A stretch of DNA of 64,000 bases from an uncultured Hormoscilla sp. (GCA_963921275.4 OZ001293.3:3936001-4000000); one strand, 5' to 3'; positions 48,311 to 60,099 are shown, counted from the stretch's first letter. Made by a program: numbers and translations. The notes: a model not told the origin generated them from the sequence alone.

Positions 48311-48764
48311 GAGATCATTTTGGCGAAGAAACCAGATTTGGTAGATGCGGTAATCATCCCAATTCGTCATGAAAGTCAACGGTAATCAAGGTCTTCAGTG
48401 TAATATAAACTGGCAAAGAAATATTGTAACAATTCCCGAACTCTGTCTTTGAATTACCCCGATCGCTACTTGGCTGATATAGTGATTACCGAGTGCGCTG
48501 TCATAATTAGTCAGAACGCACAGTTTAGTAATAACATCCATAGGTGGCGGAATTTTATCTGATTCTTCTTCATCAAAGCCGCCATTGGAGATTTCCTTCT
48601 GACTGACTGACACATCTCGGTGGGAAGTAGTCATGAAGAGCAATAGAAAGACTGAATGCGAGAGAAAGTAAACTGAGCAAAGAAGTCTTCACGAGCTTTA
48701 GCAGAAGCAAAACAAGGAGCAGGGTCATGATAGAGCAAGTGATCTAGAGACAAAAGTAGAAGAG

Positions 48765-49019
48765 TTGTTTGCACAACGCCTGGATCAACAAGGTAAGAGT
48801 TTCGACCTTGCTTTATCACTCATAAAAGTAAGCGCCTTGATGACTTTTGTCGGTGTCGTACTCTTGCTTTCGGGTAAGGTTTCCGAAGGTTCAGCTATAA
48901 CTGCTGGAGGACTCACTGGTAATGTTTTCAGCGCGAGATTCCTCAAGTTTACTGAGAATGCCAACGATCGCCTCGATCGACTGCTGGACGAACAATTGCT
49001 GAATGGCATTAACCGCTAG
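48765..49019 (+). pseudogene. Two-TM membrane domain remnant (possibly TRADD-N-associated type)
   Basis: RLDQQGKSFDLAL + 2 TM + ANDRLD; upstream frames are broken. Confidence 0.4.
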
Positions 49020-49265
49020 AACTCCCCATTGTCCCCAAACAGGGTAATACTTTTCTCCCCCCTCGTTCCCTGGCAGAGCCAGGGAACACCAGGCATGCTA
49101 TTATAGCATATAGTTCGTTAGCGGTCACGGCCCTGTCGGGAGACAGGGAAATTCTTGTTTGACTACCCGATCGCCCTTTGCCTCGGTAAAATAAAGTATA
49201 GTATAGGACATGGCAATAACCTGTCCCATGTGCTATGCTCCATACCCAGTATCCTATAGTTGTCT

Positions 49266-50930
49266 ATGTATAGTGAAATTTTCCACCAAGAAGCCGATCG
49301 ACTAACTTGGTCTCGTCCCATAAACAAGCGCACTGACAGATTAATTCTGTTAGCTTTGCTACTAGCAGCCCTACTTTTATTTACCATTAATCTGGGTGAA
49401 TTGCCCTTACGGGATTGGGATGAAGGCACAGTTGCCCAAGTTGCTCGCAACATCAGCAGAGAACCTTTTGCCTCTAGTGGCTGGCTTTATCCCACCCTAG
49501 CCGATAAACCCTATCTGAATAAACTCCCCTTAGTCCATTGGTTAATTGCCTGCGCCTACCTTCTCGGTGGCGTGAATGAATGGACCTCTCGGTTGCCATC
49601 GGCATTGTTGAGTGCATTGACAGTACCACTCCTCTACTGTATAGGTCTAGAAATTTTTCCCAAACGGACGCCAGCAATTTTCTCCAGCTTAATTTTCCTC
49701 ACTTTGTTGCCAGTGGTCCGGCACGGACGACTGGCAATGCTAGATGGTCCAGTCCTCTGCTTTTTCTTGTTGACTATCCTATGTACCTTGAGGGCGCGCC
49801 GCGACTTGCGCTATGGACTGGGTGTGGGCATTGCCTTGGGGCTGATTTGCCTGACTAAGAGTATTTTAGGATTATTACTCGGCGCGATCGCCCTGCTGTT
49901 CCTCTTCTCGGATACTCCGCGACTGCTCAGTTCCGTATATCTTTGGAGTGGTATTTTTCTCGGCCTGCTGCCCGTTACCCTCTGGTATATCGGCCTTGAT
50001 TTACAAGATAATGGCCACAATTTTATTCAGACCAGCATTGTCGAACAATCCTTCAGTCGCATTTGGCAACCCGTAGAGAATCACCCTGGACCTGTTTGGT
50101 ACTATTTGCTAGAAATACTTAAATATGCATGGCCGTGGCCGATCTTCTTTCCTCGGGCTTACCGCCTCGCTTGGTCCCATCGGAATATGAGCTGGGCCAA
50201 ATTGGTATTAATCTGGAGTAGCGTTTATCTGATTACTATTTCCGTGATGGCAACCAAACTCCTCTGGTATATCTTGCCCCTTTACCCAGCTTTAGCTCTT
50301 GCCAGCGGTGCTATGCTCACAGAAATCTGGCACGATCTTCCCCTATGGCACCAAGTCCCTAGGAAAATAGGTTCAACTGCAACCATGCAACCCCTGTTGA
50401 TTGCCAGTTTGATCCTGCTAGCATTGGTAGGTTGGGCTGGTTTTATTTATTTTGGCGGATTCCAAACCCCTGCTGACTGGAACTTAGCTATAATTATGGC
50501 CGCAACTGCCTTAACAATGACCGCTGCTGCCGTCAAGGTCGCACAAGCTTCCCGACAATTTTTGGTAATACTGTTCTGGGGTAGCTATGTTGGACTGCTG
50601 CTATTTTTCCTCTCCGGTCACTGGATCTGGGAACTGGCCGAAGCCTATCCGGTTAAACCCGTGGCTGAGATGATCCAGAAAGAGACGCCTCCGGGTCAGA
50701 AAATTTTCACTAACTATAACTATGGGCGTCCCTCCTTGGATTTTTATAGCTCCCGCCAGGTCATCCCCCTGGAACCCAAGCAACTCCAGGATCGCTGGGA
50801 TGATGAAAACTCCCAACCCTATTTACTGATCGATGGAGACGCCCAAAAGCCCCCGCAGCTCAAAGGCGTCAAAGTTCTCGACACTGCTGGCACTCGTTGG
50901 CAATTAATTACCCGGGATGCCCAGGAGTGA
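49266..50930 (+). CDS. GT39/ArnT-like membrane glycosyltransferase
   Basis: PLRDWDEGTVAQVAR, YLNKLPL, RLAMLD, many TM segments. Confidence 0.9.
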   Translation: MYSEIFHQEADRLTWSRPINKRTDRLILLALLLAALLLFTINLGELPLRDWDEGTVAQVARNISREPFASSGWLYPTLADKPYLNKLPLVHWLIACAYLLGGVNEWTSRLPSALLSALTVPLLYCIGLEIFPKRTPAIFSSLIFLTLLPVVRHGRLAMLDGPVLCFFLLTILCTLRARRDLRYGLGVGIALGLICLTKSILGLLLGAIALLFLFSDTPRLLSSVYLWSGIFLGLLPVTLWYIGLDLQDNGHNFIQTSIVEQSFSRIWQPVENHPGPVWYYLLEILKYAWPWPIFFPRAYRLAWSHRNMSWAKLVLIWSSVYLITISVMATKLLWYILPLYPALALASGAMLTEIWHDLPLWHQVPRKIGSTATMQPLLIASLILLALVGWAGFIYFGGFQTPADWNLAIIMAATALTMTAAAVKVAQASRQFLVILFWGSYVGLLLFFLSGHWIWELAEAYPVKPVAEMIQKETPPGQKIFTNYNYGRPSLDFYSSRQVIPLEPKQLQDRWDDENSQPYLLIDGDAQKPPQLKGVKVLDTAGTRWQLITRDAQE

Positions 50931-51079
50931 GTTTATTCTTTAATTGACTCGTGAGTCTTCGGAACTCCTTCGAGCAGTCTGGGCACGGGATTTTCTGCCA
51001 CCCGAAAGACTGTTACCAGGGTAAAGCTCAACAACACCACGCTAGGGACAACATCCAACCGTTGTATTCTGGTTCTGCT

Positions 51080-51200
51080 CCTTCGATGCACTCTGCGTGC
51101 TCGATGTCCCACCGTTCCGGAAAAATCGGGAGCGCTATTCGCACTACCCGAGGGACATCGTATTCGCACTGCGCGGAGCACATTAATCGCACATCGATGA
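51080..51200. repeat. Nested hairpin dispersed repeat
   Basis: CGATGTCCC...GGGAGCGCTATTCGCACTACCC...GGGACATCG TATTCGCACT. Confidence 0.7.
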
Positions 51201-51326
51201 TTCAAAGCATCTAGTAGCGACCTTGTCCTCTATACCTATAGTAGGGATCACCCACCCCGGCGCGAGCTAGCTAGGGGGTGGGGGCTAGGCAACATTTCCC
51301 ATAGGGGGACAACTAGCCTGCACTGT

Positions 51327-51758
51327 TCAGGATGCAGATGGTACTGCTTCTGGCTCTTCACCTTCTATTTCATCGTCTGCTTCCTCAATAAGTTGCTTCA
51401 GATGAATGTGCTTGCGACCCAGGGTGATTTCAAACTCATCTCCTGGTTCCAGGCTCATCTTCTTCGTGTAGGACGATCCAATCAGCAAGTTACCGTTAGA
51501 CTGGACGCTGATTCGGTAGCTAGCACTGCGTCCTCCCCGTCCATGATCACCGTCTTTGTCGCCGTCTAACTTAATCCCCTCCGCATCGATCAGAGCGTTG
51601 AGGAACTTCATCATGTTCACCCGCTCTATACCATTTTTGGTCACGGTGTAGTAGCCGCAGATTCGGGCTTTCTCTTCCCTAGTCTTGTTTCCTAGCTCTT
51701 TAACTTTCTTGAGTAGCACTTCGCCTGTTAGAGCTTTGTCTTGTTTTGTTTGACTCAT
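51327..51758 (-). CDS. Cyanobacterial AbrB-like regulator (cyAbrB)
   Basis: LLKKVKEL..ARICGYY..FLNALIDAEG..GRSASYRISVQSNGNLLIG..GDEFEITLGRKHIHL. Confidence 0.92.
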   Translation of the reverse strand: MSQTKQDKALTGEVLLKKVKELGNKTREEKARICGYYTVTKNGIERVNMMKFLNALIDAEGIKLDGDKDGDHGRGGRSASYRISVQSNGNLLIGSSYTKKMSLEPGDEFEITLGRKHIHLKQLIEEADDEIEGEEPEAVPSAS

Positions 51759-52040
51759 CAGCTTATCTCTTGAACAACTTCGACATCGATACTATATTAA
51801 TCTTAGCTGAGTGGGTGGCGAGCAATTACACCCTCCATCAGGATATGTCAGCTAATAAAGATATCTTACACCAACTTTTCACCATGTCTACAATTTTTTT
51901 TTGCGATCTCCATCAAGTTCCTCTCCCCCGACAGCAAGAGGCACAGTTAGGGAGTGCCAGACCGCCCAGCCCATGGTCGCCCTGGCAGTCTGGCTGGGGG
52001 TTAGGTTGCCCCTTGTTTAATACAATAGGAGTTGATAGCC

Positions 52041-52484
52041 ATGTTGCTAACCACCAGAGGACATTACAGCGTTAAGGCATTGCTGGATCTGACTCTGCAA
52101 CCAGGGGGAGGTCCAGCAACGGTTAGATCGATCGCCCTTCGGCAAAACTTACCAGCCCCCTATCTAGAGAAGCTGCTGATGGAAATGCGCCGTGCGGGTT
52201 TAGTTGTCTCTGTGCGGGGGGCCAGAGGAGGCTATCGCTTGGCCCGATCGCCTAAGACAATTTCTTTAGGACAGATACTTGTTGCAGTTGGAGAAACCAT
52301 TGAACCAGTGCCCAAGCTTCCCGACGATGCCCAGAGAGCTTCTGACTGGGTAACTTTGACATTGTGGAACCGGTTACACCACAAGCTGAAAAAAGCTCTA
52401 GACAGTATATCCTTGGAAGACCTCTACTTCGATGCCCGCAGTTGGCAAGCGAACCAAGGAGAACAAACCAGTTTTATTGTTTAG
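52041..52484 (+). CDS. Rrf2 family transcriptional regulator (no Cys cluster)
   Basis: LTTRGHYSVKALLDL, YLEKLL, SVRGARGGYRLAR. Confidence 0.9.
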   Translation: MLLTTRGHYSVKALLDLTLQPGGGPATVRSIALRQNLPAPYLEKLLMEMRRAGLVVSVRGARGGYRLARSPKTISLGQILVAVGETIEPVPKLPDDAQRASDWVTLTLWNRLHHKLKKALDSISLEDLYFDARSWQANQGEQTSFIV

Positions 52485-52751
52485 TTGTCAGTTGTTGCTT
52501 GTCAGTTGTTGCTTGCGTAGGGCGGGCGACACGAGAGCCAGTCAGTTGTCAGCACCATCTCCTATAACAGGTAATTAGCTATTTAAGTAAAAATACTTAT
52601 AAAAATATCTGGACATGCTCCCTATAGTATCCTGAAGACAATCCCCTGGGAAACCTTTCTCTCATATTCTTGAGGCTAAGATATAGTATTGTCTCATAGC
52701 CTCAAGGGATAAGACAGACCAACTGATGGCTCTGGGAGGTTCTGCTTGGAG

Positions 52752-53810
52752 ATGACGTTAAACCACTCAGCAACTATAATGGTTTTCGCCTCAGCGATCG
52801 ACTACTTGCTTGGCGATCCGTGGGGTTGGTTACATCCAGTCCAGGTAATGGGTTGGGTTATCTCTGGCTATACCCAACTGGCTCTCAAACTGGACAACAG
52901 TCTGCATATCCTGGGAGCTTTCGGTGTCCCCCGGGACACCGAACTCGCACTACCCAGGATATGCAGCCCTAAGATACAACGTCTGGCGGGAGTTGTTTTG
53001 ACAATTGTACTCATCGGCGGGAGTGCTTTGGTGGGTTGGTTAATTATTGCCGCTGCCAGATGGGTACATCCTATACTATATATAGTTGTAGAAAGCATTC
53101 TCTTAGCCAGTTGTTTTGCCGGGAGGAGTTTAAGGGCAGCAGCGGACTCGGCGATCCAACCCCTAGCAGTTGGTGACTTAGATCGTACTCGCCAACAATT
53201 GAGCCTGTATGTAGGACGCGATACAGAAAATCTCTCGGAGTCGGAAATTTTGCGGGCCTTGTTGGAGACAGTCACGGAAAATGCTGTTGATGGGGTAACA
53301 GCACCGCTATTCTTTGCCATTGTCGGGGCAATTATACCAGTGGGGGGAATCGCGCCCTTCGCTTTAGCTTACAAAGCGGCTAGCACTCTCGATTCAATGG
53401 TAGGCTACAAGGAAGCTCCTTACACAGATTTGGGCATGTTTAGTGCCAAGCTAGAGGATCTGCTGACCTGGTTGCCTTGCCGTTTGACCGTAATTACTCT
53501 ATGCTTACTCTCAGGGAAACCAGGGTATGTTTGGCGCATCTGTCAGCGAGATGGGCTTCTTGACCCCAGTCCGAATGCTGGTTGGAGTGAATGTGCTTAT
53601 GCAGCAATTCTCGGCGTGCAGCTGGGAGGACTTAACTATTATCGTGGGGTGGCCAAATATAAACCCCTGTTAGCAGATCCAATTCATCCTATTACGACTG
53701 AGAAAGTTTATGAGGCAATGCAGCTGACTCGCTATTGTTTTCTGATTTGGCTGGGACTGGCAATTGGATTGATTCTTCTGACTGGTGATTGGGGATTGGT
53801 GTCTGTCTAG
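52752..53810 (+). CDS. cbiB: Adenosylcobinamide-phosphate synthase CbiB/CobD with an in-frame hairpin insertion
   Basis: GDPWGWLHPV, YVGRDT, ETVTENAVDG, YKAASTLDSMVGY, SPNAGWSE. Confidence 0.92.
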   Translation: MTLNHSATIMVFASAIDYLLGDPWGWLHPVQVMGWVISGYTQLALKLDNSLHILGAFGVPRDTELALPRICSPKIQRLAGVVLTIVLIGGSALVGWLIIAAARWVHPILYIVVESILLASCFAGRSLRAAADSAIQPLAVGDLDRTRQQLSLYVGRDTENLSESEILRALLETVTENAVDGVTAPLFFAIVGAIIPVGGIAPFALAYKAASTLDSMVGYKEAPYTDLGMFSAKLEDLLTWLPCRLTVITLCLLSGKPGYVWRICQRDGLLDPSPNAGWSECAYAAILGVQLGGLNYYRGVAKYKPLLADPIHPITTEKVYEAMQLTRYCFLIWLGLAIGLILLTGDWGLVSV

Positions 53811-53871
53811 GCGGGGAGTGAAAACCCAAGGACCAAGTATGAGCCAGCGGACCCAAGCCAAATGGTCTCCA

Positions 53872-54390
53872 CTATCCCTTACCTGACTTCCAAGCTTCCC
53901 CACCCGGTAATTGCACTATATGCTCCTTAACGATCGCAGGTAAATTCTTGACTGAATGCTCATAAGTCAGATCCAGCAATTTTTGGGCCGTTAAGATTAC
54001 CTGTGTCTTGTCTAGCATTTCTGAGAGTTGATAGGGAGTATAGGCACCGGACATTACTTCCGCACTAGCAGTATCGATCGCCGCTTCCCATTCCTCCTCC
54101 AGCATTAACTCCCAGGCATCTGCTTTGACGTAATAAGCTTTTTTGTTATCTTGGAGATTCAGTCTTTTGATTTGGCGGATAGAATCAGAAATTGAAGCTA
54201 CCCAGGAAGTTGTTAAGCGCTGTTCGACTTGGTTTTTAATCAAATGAATCAGCAACCGGAGCAAGAATGATTGGATATTTCGCAGGATAGCTTGTCTGCT
54301 CATGCCCTCTAGATCCTCTACAATTGCCAAAGCATCCTCATAGCGTCCCTCTAGGATGCTGGTTCTTAAGTCGATCAATTCCTGAGTCAT
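53872..54390 (-). CDS. DUF29 family protein
   Basis: EDLEGMSRQAILRNIQSFLLRLLIHLIK..SWVASI. Confidence 0.85.
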   Translation of the reverse strand: MTQELIDLRTSILEGRYEDALAIVEDLEGMSRQAILRNIQSFLLRLLIHLIKNQVEQRLTTSWVASISDSIRQIKRLNLQDNKKAYYVKADAWELMLEEEWEAAIDTASAEVMSGAYTPYQLSEMLDKTQVILTAQKLLDLTYEHSVKNLPAIVKEHIVQLPGGEAWKSGKG

Positions 54391-54527
54391 ATTACTGCTT
54401 ATCCTTGTGATTTGCAAGATTTATAGGATAACATAAAACTGAAATTTGGCAGCGATATAAAAAAAAGCTGTTGGGTTTCGTGCGGAAACCCAACCTACAG
54501 TTGCTACAGTTATACGAACATTACCGC

Positions 54528-55041
54528 CTACCTACCTGACTTCCAAGCTTCTCCGCCATCAAGCTGAGTTAACTCATTATTGATGACTGTGGTTAAGTCT
54601 TTAACCGAGTGATTGTATGTCAGATTAAAAAGAGCGATCGCCCGGTTCGTTACCAGTTCTCGATCGACCAACTCAGCTAGTTGAAAAGGACTGTAGGCAC
54701 CATCCATGACTTCCATACTTGCGGTAGCAATGGCTTCGTCAAACTCTTCTGCAAGCATTGAGAACCATTCAGCAGACTGGACATAATAAGATGTTTTATT
54801 ATCCTTGAGGTTCAGCTTGGCAATTTCTCGGAGAACCTCGAATGGAAGCTGCCCAGGAGTTGGTTAAACGCTGCTCGACTTGATTTTTAATCAAATGAAT
54901 TAGCATTCTGAGTAAAAAGTATTGGATGTTACGCAGGATAGCTTGTTTGCTCATTCCCTCTAGATCGTCTACAATTGCTAAAGCATCCTCATAGCGTTCA
55001 TCCAGGATGCTGGTTCTTAAGTCGATTAGTTCCTGAGTCAT
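54528..55041 (-). pseudogene. DUF29 tandem paralog, frameshifted
   Basis: Same N- and C-termini as 53872-54390, split near 54835. Confidence 0.85.
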
Positions 55042-55134
55042 ATTGCCGCTTCTCCCTTGTGGCTTAATATGATAACATAATGAGGTAACGGCCTGCCTTG
55101 CTCGCCATCTTCATCCATTAACCATCAGAAGGCC

Positions 55135-55671
55135 ATGACAGCAAAAATAGTACCAATTCTCGACTCGGAAGAAATTCGTCGCACTCTCACTCGCCTCGCT
55201 TCCCAGATTATCGAAAAAGCGGGAGACTTGTCCGGGCTGGCACTCCTGGGCATTTATACTAGAGGTGTCTACCTCGCTCAGGCGATCGCGGACCAAATTG
55301 CAGTACTGGAAAACATCTCTGTACCAGTGGGGGCTTTAGACGTGACCTTCCATCAGGACGACCTAGACCAGATCGGACTCCGGACGCCCGCCAAAACAGA
55401 AATTTCCTTTGACTTGACGGGCAAAATCGTGGTACTTGTAGATGATGTCATATATAAGGGTCGGACGGTGCGAGCAGCCCTAAATGCCGTTAACGATTAT
55501 GGTAGACCCGCTGCCATTTGGTTAACGGTACTGGTAGATAGGGGTCATCGGGAATTGCCCATTCACCCAAATTTCACTGGCAAAAAATTACCGACGGCCA
55601 AGGAAGAAAAAGTTAAAGTTTATCTTCAGGATGTGGATGGACGGGACGCTGTAGAGTTAATATCTCGGTAG
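55135..55671 (+). CDS. pyrR: Bifunctional pyrimidine regulator / UPRTase
   Basis: [33 protein letters not shown]. Confidence 0.93.
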   Translation: MTAKIVPILDSEEIRRTLTRLASQIIEKAGDLSGLALLGIYTRGVYLAQAIADQIAVLENISVPVGALDVTFHQDDLDQIGLRTPAKTEISFDLTGKIVVLVDDVIYKGRTVRAALNAVNDYGRPAAIWLTVLVDRGHRELPIHPNFTGKKLPTAKEEKVKVYLQDVDGRDAVELISR

Positions 55672-55769
55672 AACTATAGCAAGTATAAATCAGCCATCAG
55701 CTTTTTCAATCCATTGGAGGCAGAGCCTCTAGACATGATATAATAAGATAACTGCACCTGGATAAATTG

Positions 55770-56822
55770 ATGGGAAAAACACCTGTGAACCAAGAATCAA
55801 GTCAAACCCAGACGCGCAAGGCAGATCATTTGCGGATCTGCCTGGAAGAAGATGTACAATTCCATCAGACGACGAATGGATTGGAACGCTATCGCTTTAC
55901 TCACTGCTGTTTGCCGGAACTAGACTACAGTGAGATTGATGTAACAACCAGTTTTCTGGGAAAAAAACTGGGTGCGCCGCTGCTGATTTCTTCGATGACG
56001 GGGGGAACGGAACGCGCTAAGACGATCAATTATCGTCTGGCGGAGGTGGCGCAGCAGTATAAATTGGCAATGGGAGTGGGTTCCCAGCGGGTGGCGGTGG
56101 AAAATCCCCAAGTTGCTGATACTTTTGCGGTCAGAAAGCTGACTCCTGATATTCTCCTATTTGCTAATCTGGGTGCAGTGCAGCTAAACTATAGCTATGG
56201 GATCGATGAATGTCTGCGGGTGGTCGATTTGCTGGCAGCAGATGCTCTGATTTTACATATTAATCCGCTGCAAGAGTGCATTCAAGCTAATGGAGATACT
56301 GATTTCCGAGGCTTACTTGGCTCAATTGCTAAAGTTTGCTCCTATTTGCCTGTACCCGCGATCGCTAAGGAGGTGGGTAATGGAATTTCGGCCTCAATGG
56401 CAGAGAAATTAATTGATGCCGGGATTAGCGCTATAGATGTTGCGGGTGCGGGGGGCACTTCTTGGGCAAAGGTGGAAAGCGATCGGGCCAACAATGCCTT
56501 GCAGCGCCGCTTGGGAAAAACCTTTGGAGACTGGGGAATACCGACAGCGGAATGCATTACCAGTATTCGCGCGGTGGCACCAGAAATTCCTTTGATTGCT
56601 TCTGGGGGATTGCGCAACGGACTAGAGGTGGCCAAGGCGATCGCTCTGGGTGCGGACCTGGCTGGTTTAGCCTGGCCATTCCTGCAAGCGGCGACAGAAT
56701 CAGAAGCTGCTTTGGGTGAATTAGCAGAAGTCCTGATGGCGGAGATCGCTACTGTGCTGTTTTGCACTGGCAACGCCACATTATCCGATCTCAAACAGTC
56801 TCATGCCCTACAAAGATTATGA
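55770..56822 (+). CDS. fni: Type 2 isopentenyl-diphosphate isomerase
   Basis: [43 protein letters not shown]. Confidence 0.94.
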   Translation: MGKTPVNQESSQTQTRKADHLRICLEEDVQFHQTTNGLERYRFTHCCLPELDYSEIDVTTSFLGKKLGAPLLISSMTGGTERAKTINYRLAEVAQQYKLAMGVGSQRVAVENPQVADTFAVRKLTPDILLFANLGAVQLNYSYGIDECLRVVDLLAADALILHINPLQECIQANGDTDFRGLLGSIAKVCSYLPVPAIAKEVGNGISASMAEKLIDAGISAIDVAGAGGTSWAKVESDRANNALQRRLGKTFGDWGIPTAECITSIRAVAPEIPLIASGGLRNGLEVAKAIALGADLAGLAWPFLQAATESEAALGELAEVLMAEIATVLFCTGNATLSDLKQSHALQRL

Positions 56823-57130
56823 TATACTTTGAAAGGGAGCGACGAGCGCAAAATGGCGATTGCTTCGGGGGGATACCTTCCGCAGTAACTGTGGTATGCC
56901 AAACTATCAGACCCCCCGAAGCAATCTCCTAAAGGGCGCGCGGAGATTGCTTCGGGGGGTGTTATTGCGAAGGGACTTGGATCTCTCAATTATTCCCCCC
57001 CCTCGCAATGACATATTGGCTGCTATAATAAGCGCAGTTAATGACCGTTAGCAGTATAGTTGGTGAATGGTGATTGTTGAAGTTTCAATTTTCAATTTTC
57101 AATTCTCGATTCTCAAAAAAGGACTAACAA

Positions 57131-58933
57131 ATGCGTCAATTTCTCAAATATACCTTCGCTAGCTTGATCGGAAACCTGTTAGCAGCCATGCTGGTATTGG
57201 GTCTGGGGACTGGCGGACTGATTTTTCTGGTGGTTGCGGCAGCATCCAAAGATACGGAACCGCAAGTTAAGGATGAGTCGGTACTGGTTTTCGATCTGGG
57301 CTTGAATATCAGCGATACTAATCCGGAATCTACTACCAGTGAGGCAATCAGTCAAGTCATCTCAGGATCCGATAGCAAGACAATTACCCTGAGATCGGTC
57401 TTGGATAGTCTGGAAAAGGCAACAACAGACGATCGCATTGTAGGTTTGTACCTGGATGGCAGTGCCCGGGGTGCTGACACGGGGTTGGCCAATCTGAAAG
57501 AAGTGCGATCGGCCCTAGAGAAGTTCCGAGAATCAGGGAAACCGATCTTTGCTTATGATGTTAACTGGGGGGAACGGGAATATTACCTCGGTTCTGTAGC
57601 TGACACGGTGTTTCTCAACCCCCTGGGGGCGATGGAATTCAATGGTTTGAGTTCAAAAATTATGTTTTATGCGGGTGCTTTCCAGAAATATGGGATTGGC
57701 ATCCAAGTGATTCGGGTGGGTAAGTATAAGTCGGCAGTGGAACCGTTTATACAGACGAAACTCAGTCCGGAAAACCGGGAACAGATGCAACAGTTGTTGA
57801 ACGACCTCTGGGGCGAGTTTCTCACAACTGTGGGGCGTCACCGGGAGTTGGACTCAAGGCAATTGCAGGCGATCGCGGACAGTCAGGGAATATTAAAGCC
57901 TCGGTCAGCCCAGTCGAAGGGCTTGGTGGATAAGCTAGCATACTTTGACGAGGTGGTGCAGGAATTGAAGCAACTGACTGGCAACGATGAGGAAGATAAA
58001 ACTTTCAATCAGATCGATCTGACTGCCTATGCTAGAGTTGCGGCATCTAATGCTGAGAGTCGATCGAAGAATCAGATTGCCTTGGTTTATGCTGAAGGTA
58101 CTATTGTAGATGGTCAAGGTGCTGTCCGGGAAATAGGAGGCGATCGCTTCTCGGCCCTGATGCGCAAATTGCGAGAAGATGATAAAATAAAGGCGGTAGT
58201 GTTGCGGGTGAATAGTCCTGGGGGGAGTGCCACAGCTTCTGAGGTAATTGGGCGGGAAGTTGAATTGACAAGTCACCGAAAACCCGTTATTGTCTCCATG
58301 GGAGATTATGCTGCTTCTGGAGGCTACTGGATCTCTGCCTATGGCGATCGCATTTTTGCCGAACCGAATACGATCACCGGTTCCATTGGGGTTTACGGCA
58401 TCCTGACCAATATTCAAGAGTTAGCTAATAACAATGGCATTACCTGGGATGTGGTGAAAACCGGTCGCTATGCCGACATGCAAACCATTGCCCGCCCCAA
58501 GACTGATGCTGAATTGCAATTGTATCAGAATTCAGTCAATCGGGTTTACCAGCTATTCTTGAACAAGGTAGCAGAGGGGCGGAACCTGCCTCAGCAAAAG
58601 GTAGCGGAAATTGCCCAAGGGCGGGTTTGGTCCGGTCTAGCAGCAAAGAATATCGGTCTAGTGGATGAAATTGGCGGCCTGGAAGCGGCGATCGCCTTTG
58701 CTGCGGAAAAAGCCGAGTTAGGAGAAAATTGGCGACTGCAAGAGTATCCCAAAACTCGCAGCTTAGAACAAAGAATTATCCGCAAGCTAGTGGGTACCAA
58801 TATTGATGCTGCCCAACCCGACCTGCTAACCCGGGAATTACAAAAATTACAAACAGAGTTGGCAATTTTGACAACTCTCAACGACCCCCTGGGCGTCTAT
58901 GCCCGCCTCCCTTTTCATCTGCTGATTGATTGA
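57131..58933 (+). CDS. sppA: Signal peptide peptidase SppA (67K type)
   Basis: GKYKSAVEP, LRVNSPGGS, AASGGYWI, TGSIGV, AQGRVWSG. Confidence 0.95.
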   Translation: MRQFLKYTFASLIGNLLAAMLVLGLGTGGLIFLVVAAASKDTEPQVKDESVLVFDLGLNISDTNPESTTSEAISQVISGSDSKTITLRSVLDSLEKATTDDRIVGLYLDGSARGADTGLANLKEVRSALEKFRESGKPIFAYDVNWGEREYYLGSVADTVFLNPLGAMEFNGLSSKIMFYAGAFQKYGIGIQVIRVGKYKSAVEPFIQTKLSPENREQMQQLLNDLWGEFLTTVGRHRELDSRQLQAIADSQGILKPRSAQSKGLVDKLAYFDEVVQELKQLTGNDEEDKTFNQIDLTAYARVAASNAESRSKNQIALVYAEGTIVDGQGAVREIGGDRFSALMRKLREDDKIKAVVLRVNSPGGSATASEVIGREVELTSHRKPVIVSMGDYAASGGYWISAYGDRIFAEPNTITGSIGVYGILTNIQELANNNGITWDVVKTGRYADMQTIARPKTDAELQLYQNSVNRVYQLFLNKVAEGRNLPQQKVAEIAQGRVWSGLAAKNIGLVDEIGGLEAAIAFAAEKAELGENWRLQEYPKTRSLEQRIIRKLVGTNIDAAQPDLLTRELQKLQTELAILTTLNDPLGVYARLPFHLLID

Positions 58934-58955
58934 TAAAATATTTCTCGTTCCCAGC

Positions 58956-59142
58956 GGGAACGCTGGGAACGCTGGGAACGCTGGGAACGCTGGGAACGCT
59001 GGGAACGCTGGGAACGCTGGGAACGCTGGGAACGCTGGGAACGCTGGGAACGCTGGGAACGCTGGGAACGCTGGGAACGCTGGGAACGCTGGGAACGCTG
59101 GGAACGCTGGGAACGCTGGGAACGCTGGGAACGCTGGGAACG
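58956..59142. repeat. Perfect 9-nt tandem repeat (GGGAACGCT) x20 plus a partial unit
   Basis: Read directly from the sequence. Confidence 0.97.
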
Positions 59143-59276
59143 AGCGCCCTGTAAAATGTTTGTGGTTGTAGGTTGGGTTTCGTGCCTCAACCCAACGATC
59201 GCGTACCCGCTAGAAACGATCGCTCTGTAAAATGTTTGTAGTAAGGACTAAAGTACTTTCCGGGTTGATAACAGAG

Positions 59277-59612
59277 GTAAATAGGATAAAAGTCAAGAAC
59301 ATCTCCATAGCGAAGGAGAAGATAGCCGAATTCTGCGATCGCTGGCAAATCATAGAATTTACCTTATTTGGTTCAGTGCTGCGAGATGACTTTCGCCCAG
59401 ACAGCGACATTGATGTTTTGGTGACTTTTGCCCCAGATTCTCATTGGACTTTGTTTAACATAATTCGCGAGGAATTAGAAGCCATCTTTGAACGAAAGGT
59501 AGATTTGGTCAGCAAACTGGCAATTCAGAAAAGCCTAAACTACCTGCGTCGTAAAGCAATTCTGAGTTCATCTGAGGTGATTTATGCGAGAAAGCGATCT
59601 TCCTTTACTTAG
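59277..59612 (+). CDS. Minimal nucleotidyltransferase (MNT antitoxin-like); start uncertain
   Basis: LFGSVLRDDFRPDSDIDVLV, RKVDLV. Confidence 0.8.
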   Translation, partial: VNRIKVKNISIAKEKIAEFCDRWQIIEFTLFGSVLRDDFRPDSDIDVLVTFAPDSHWTLFNIIREELEAIFERKVDLVSKLAIQKSLNYLRRKAILSSSEVIYARKRSSFT

Positions 59613-60099
59613 AGGATCGCTTTTCCTTCACTCTTGAACTACTAATGAACGATGATTGTACTGCGATTCATTTCTATCAACGAATATTGTTGGAACAGTT
59701 CAGCTAACTGTGGCATGTTATTTATAAATAACGCTACCAGTTCTGTGTTATTGATATTGCCTGTAGTCAAGAACAACAGCTTATAGGGTTCTTGGTGAAT
59801 CATAACGACTCAAAAAAATCTCGGTCTTTGGAGATAACAATCCGGTTTTGCTGGATTGATATAGCGCTAATTTCTACATGTGAGGTTGTGTTTTGCAAGG
59901 GTAAATCTTTGCCGTGGCAGATATTCGGATCGATCGTGATGCGCTGCAAAAGCTGGTTTTCCATAGCTATTATCGCCTACTGTACGGTGATTGATAATTA
60001 TAACTCAAAAATGCCGATTGGGTATGCATCCTGGTTATGCAACTTCCGCCTGGAGCCTTCAGTTGTGCATGTTATGAGAGCCATACAGCAGGTTCGCGC

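Noticed and set aside
58915..59190. ORFs of SQR/GNA/GTL repeats, or a CRISPR array
   Set aside because: These are translations of a 9-nt microsatellite with no spacers and no cas genes.
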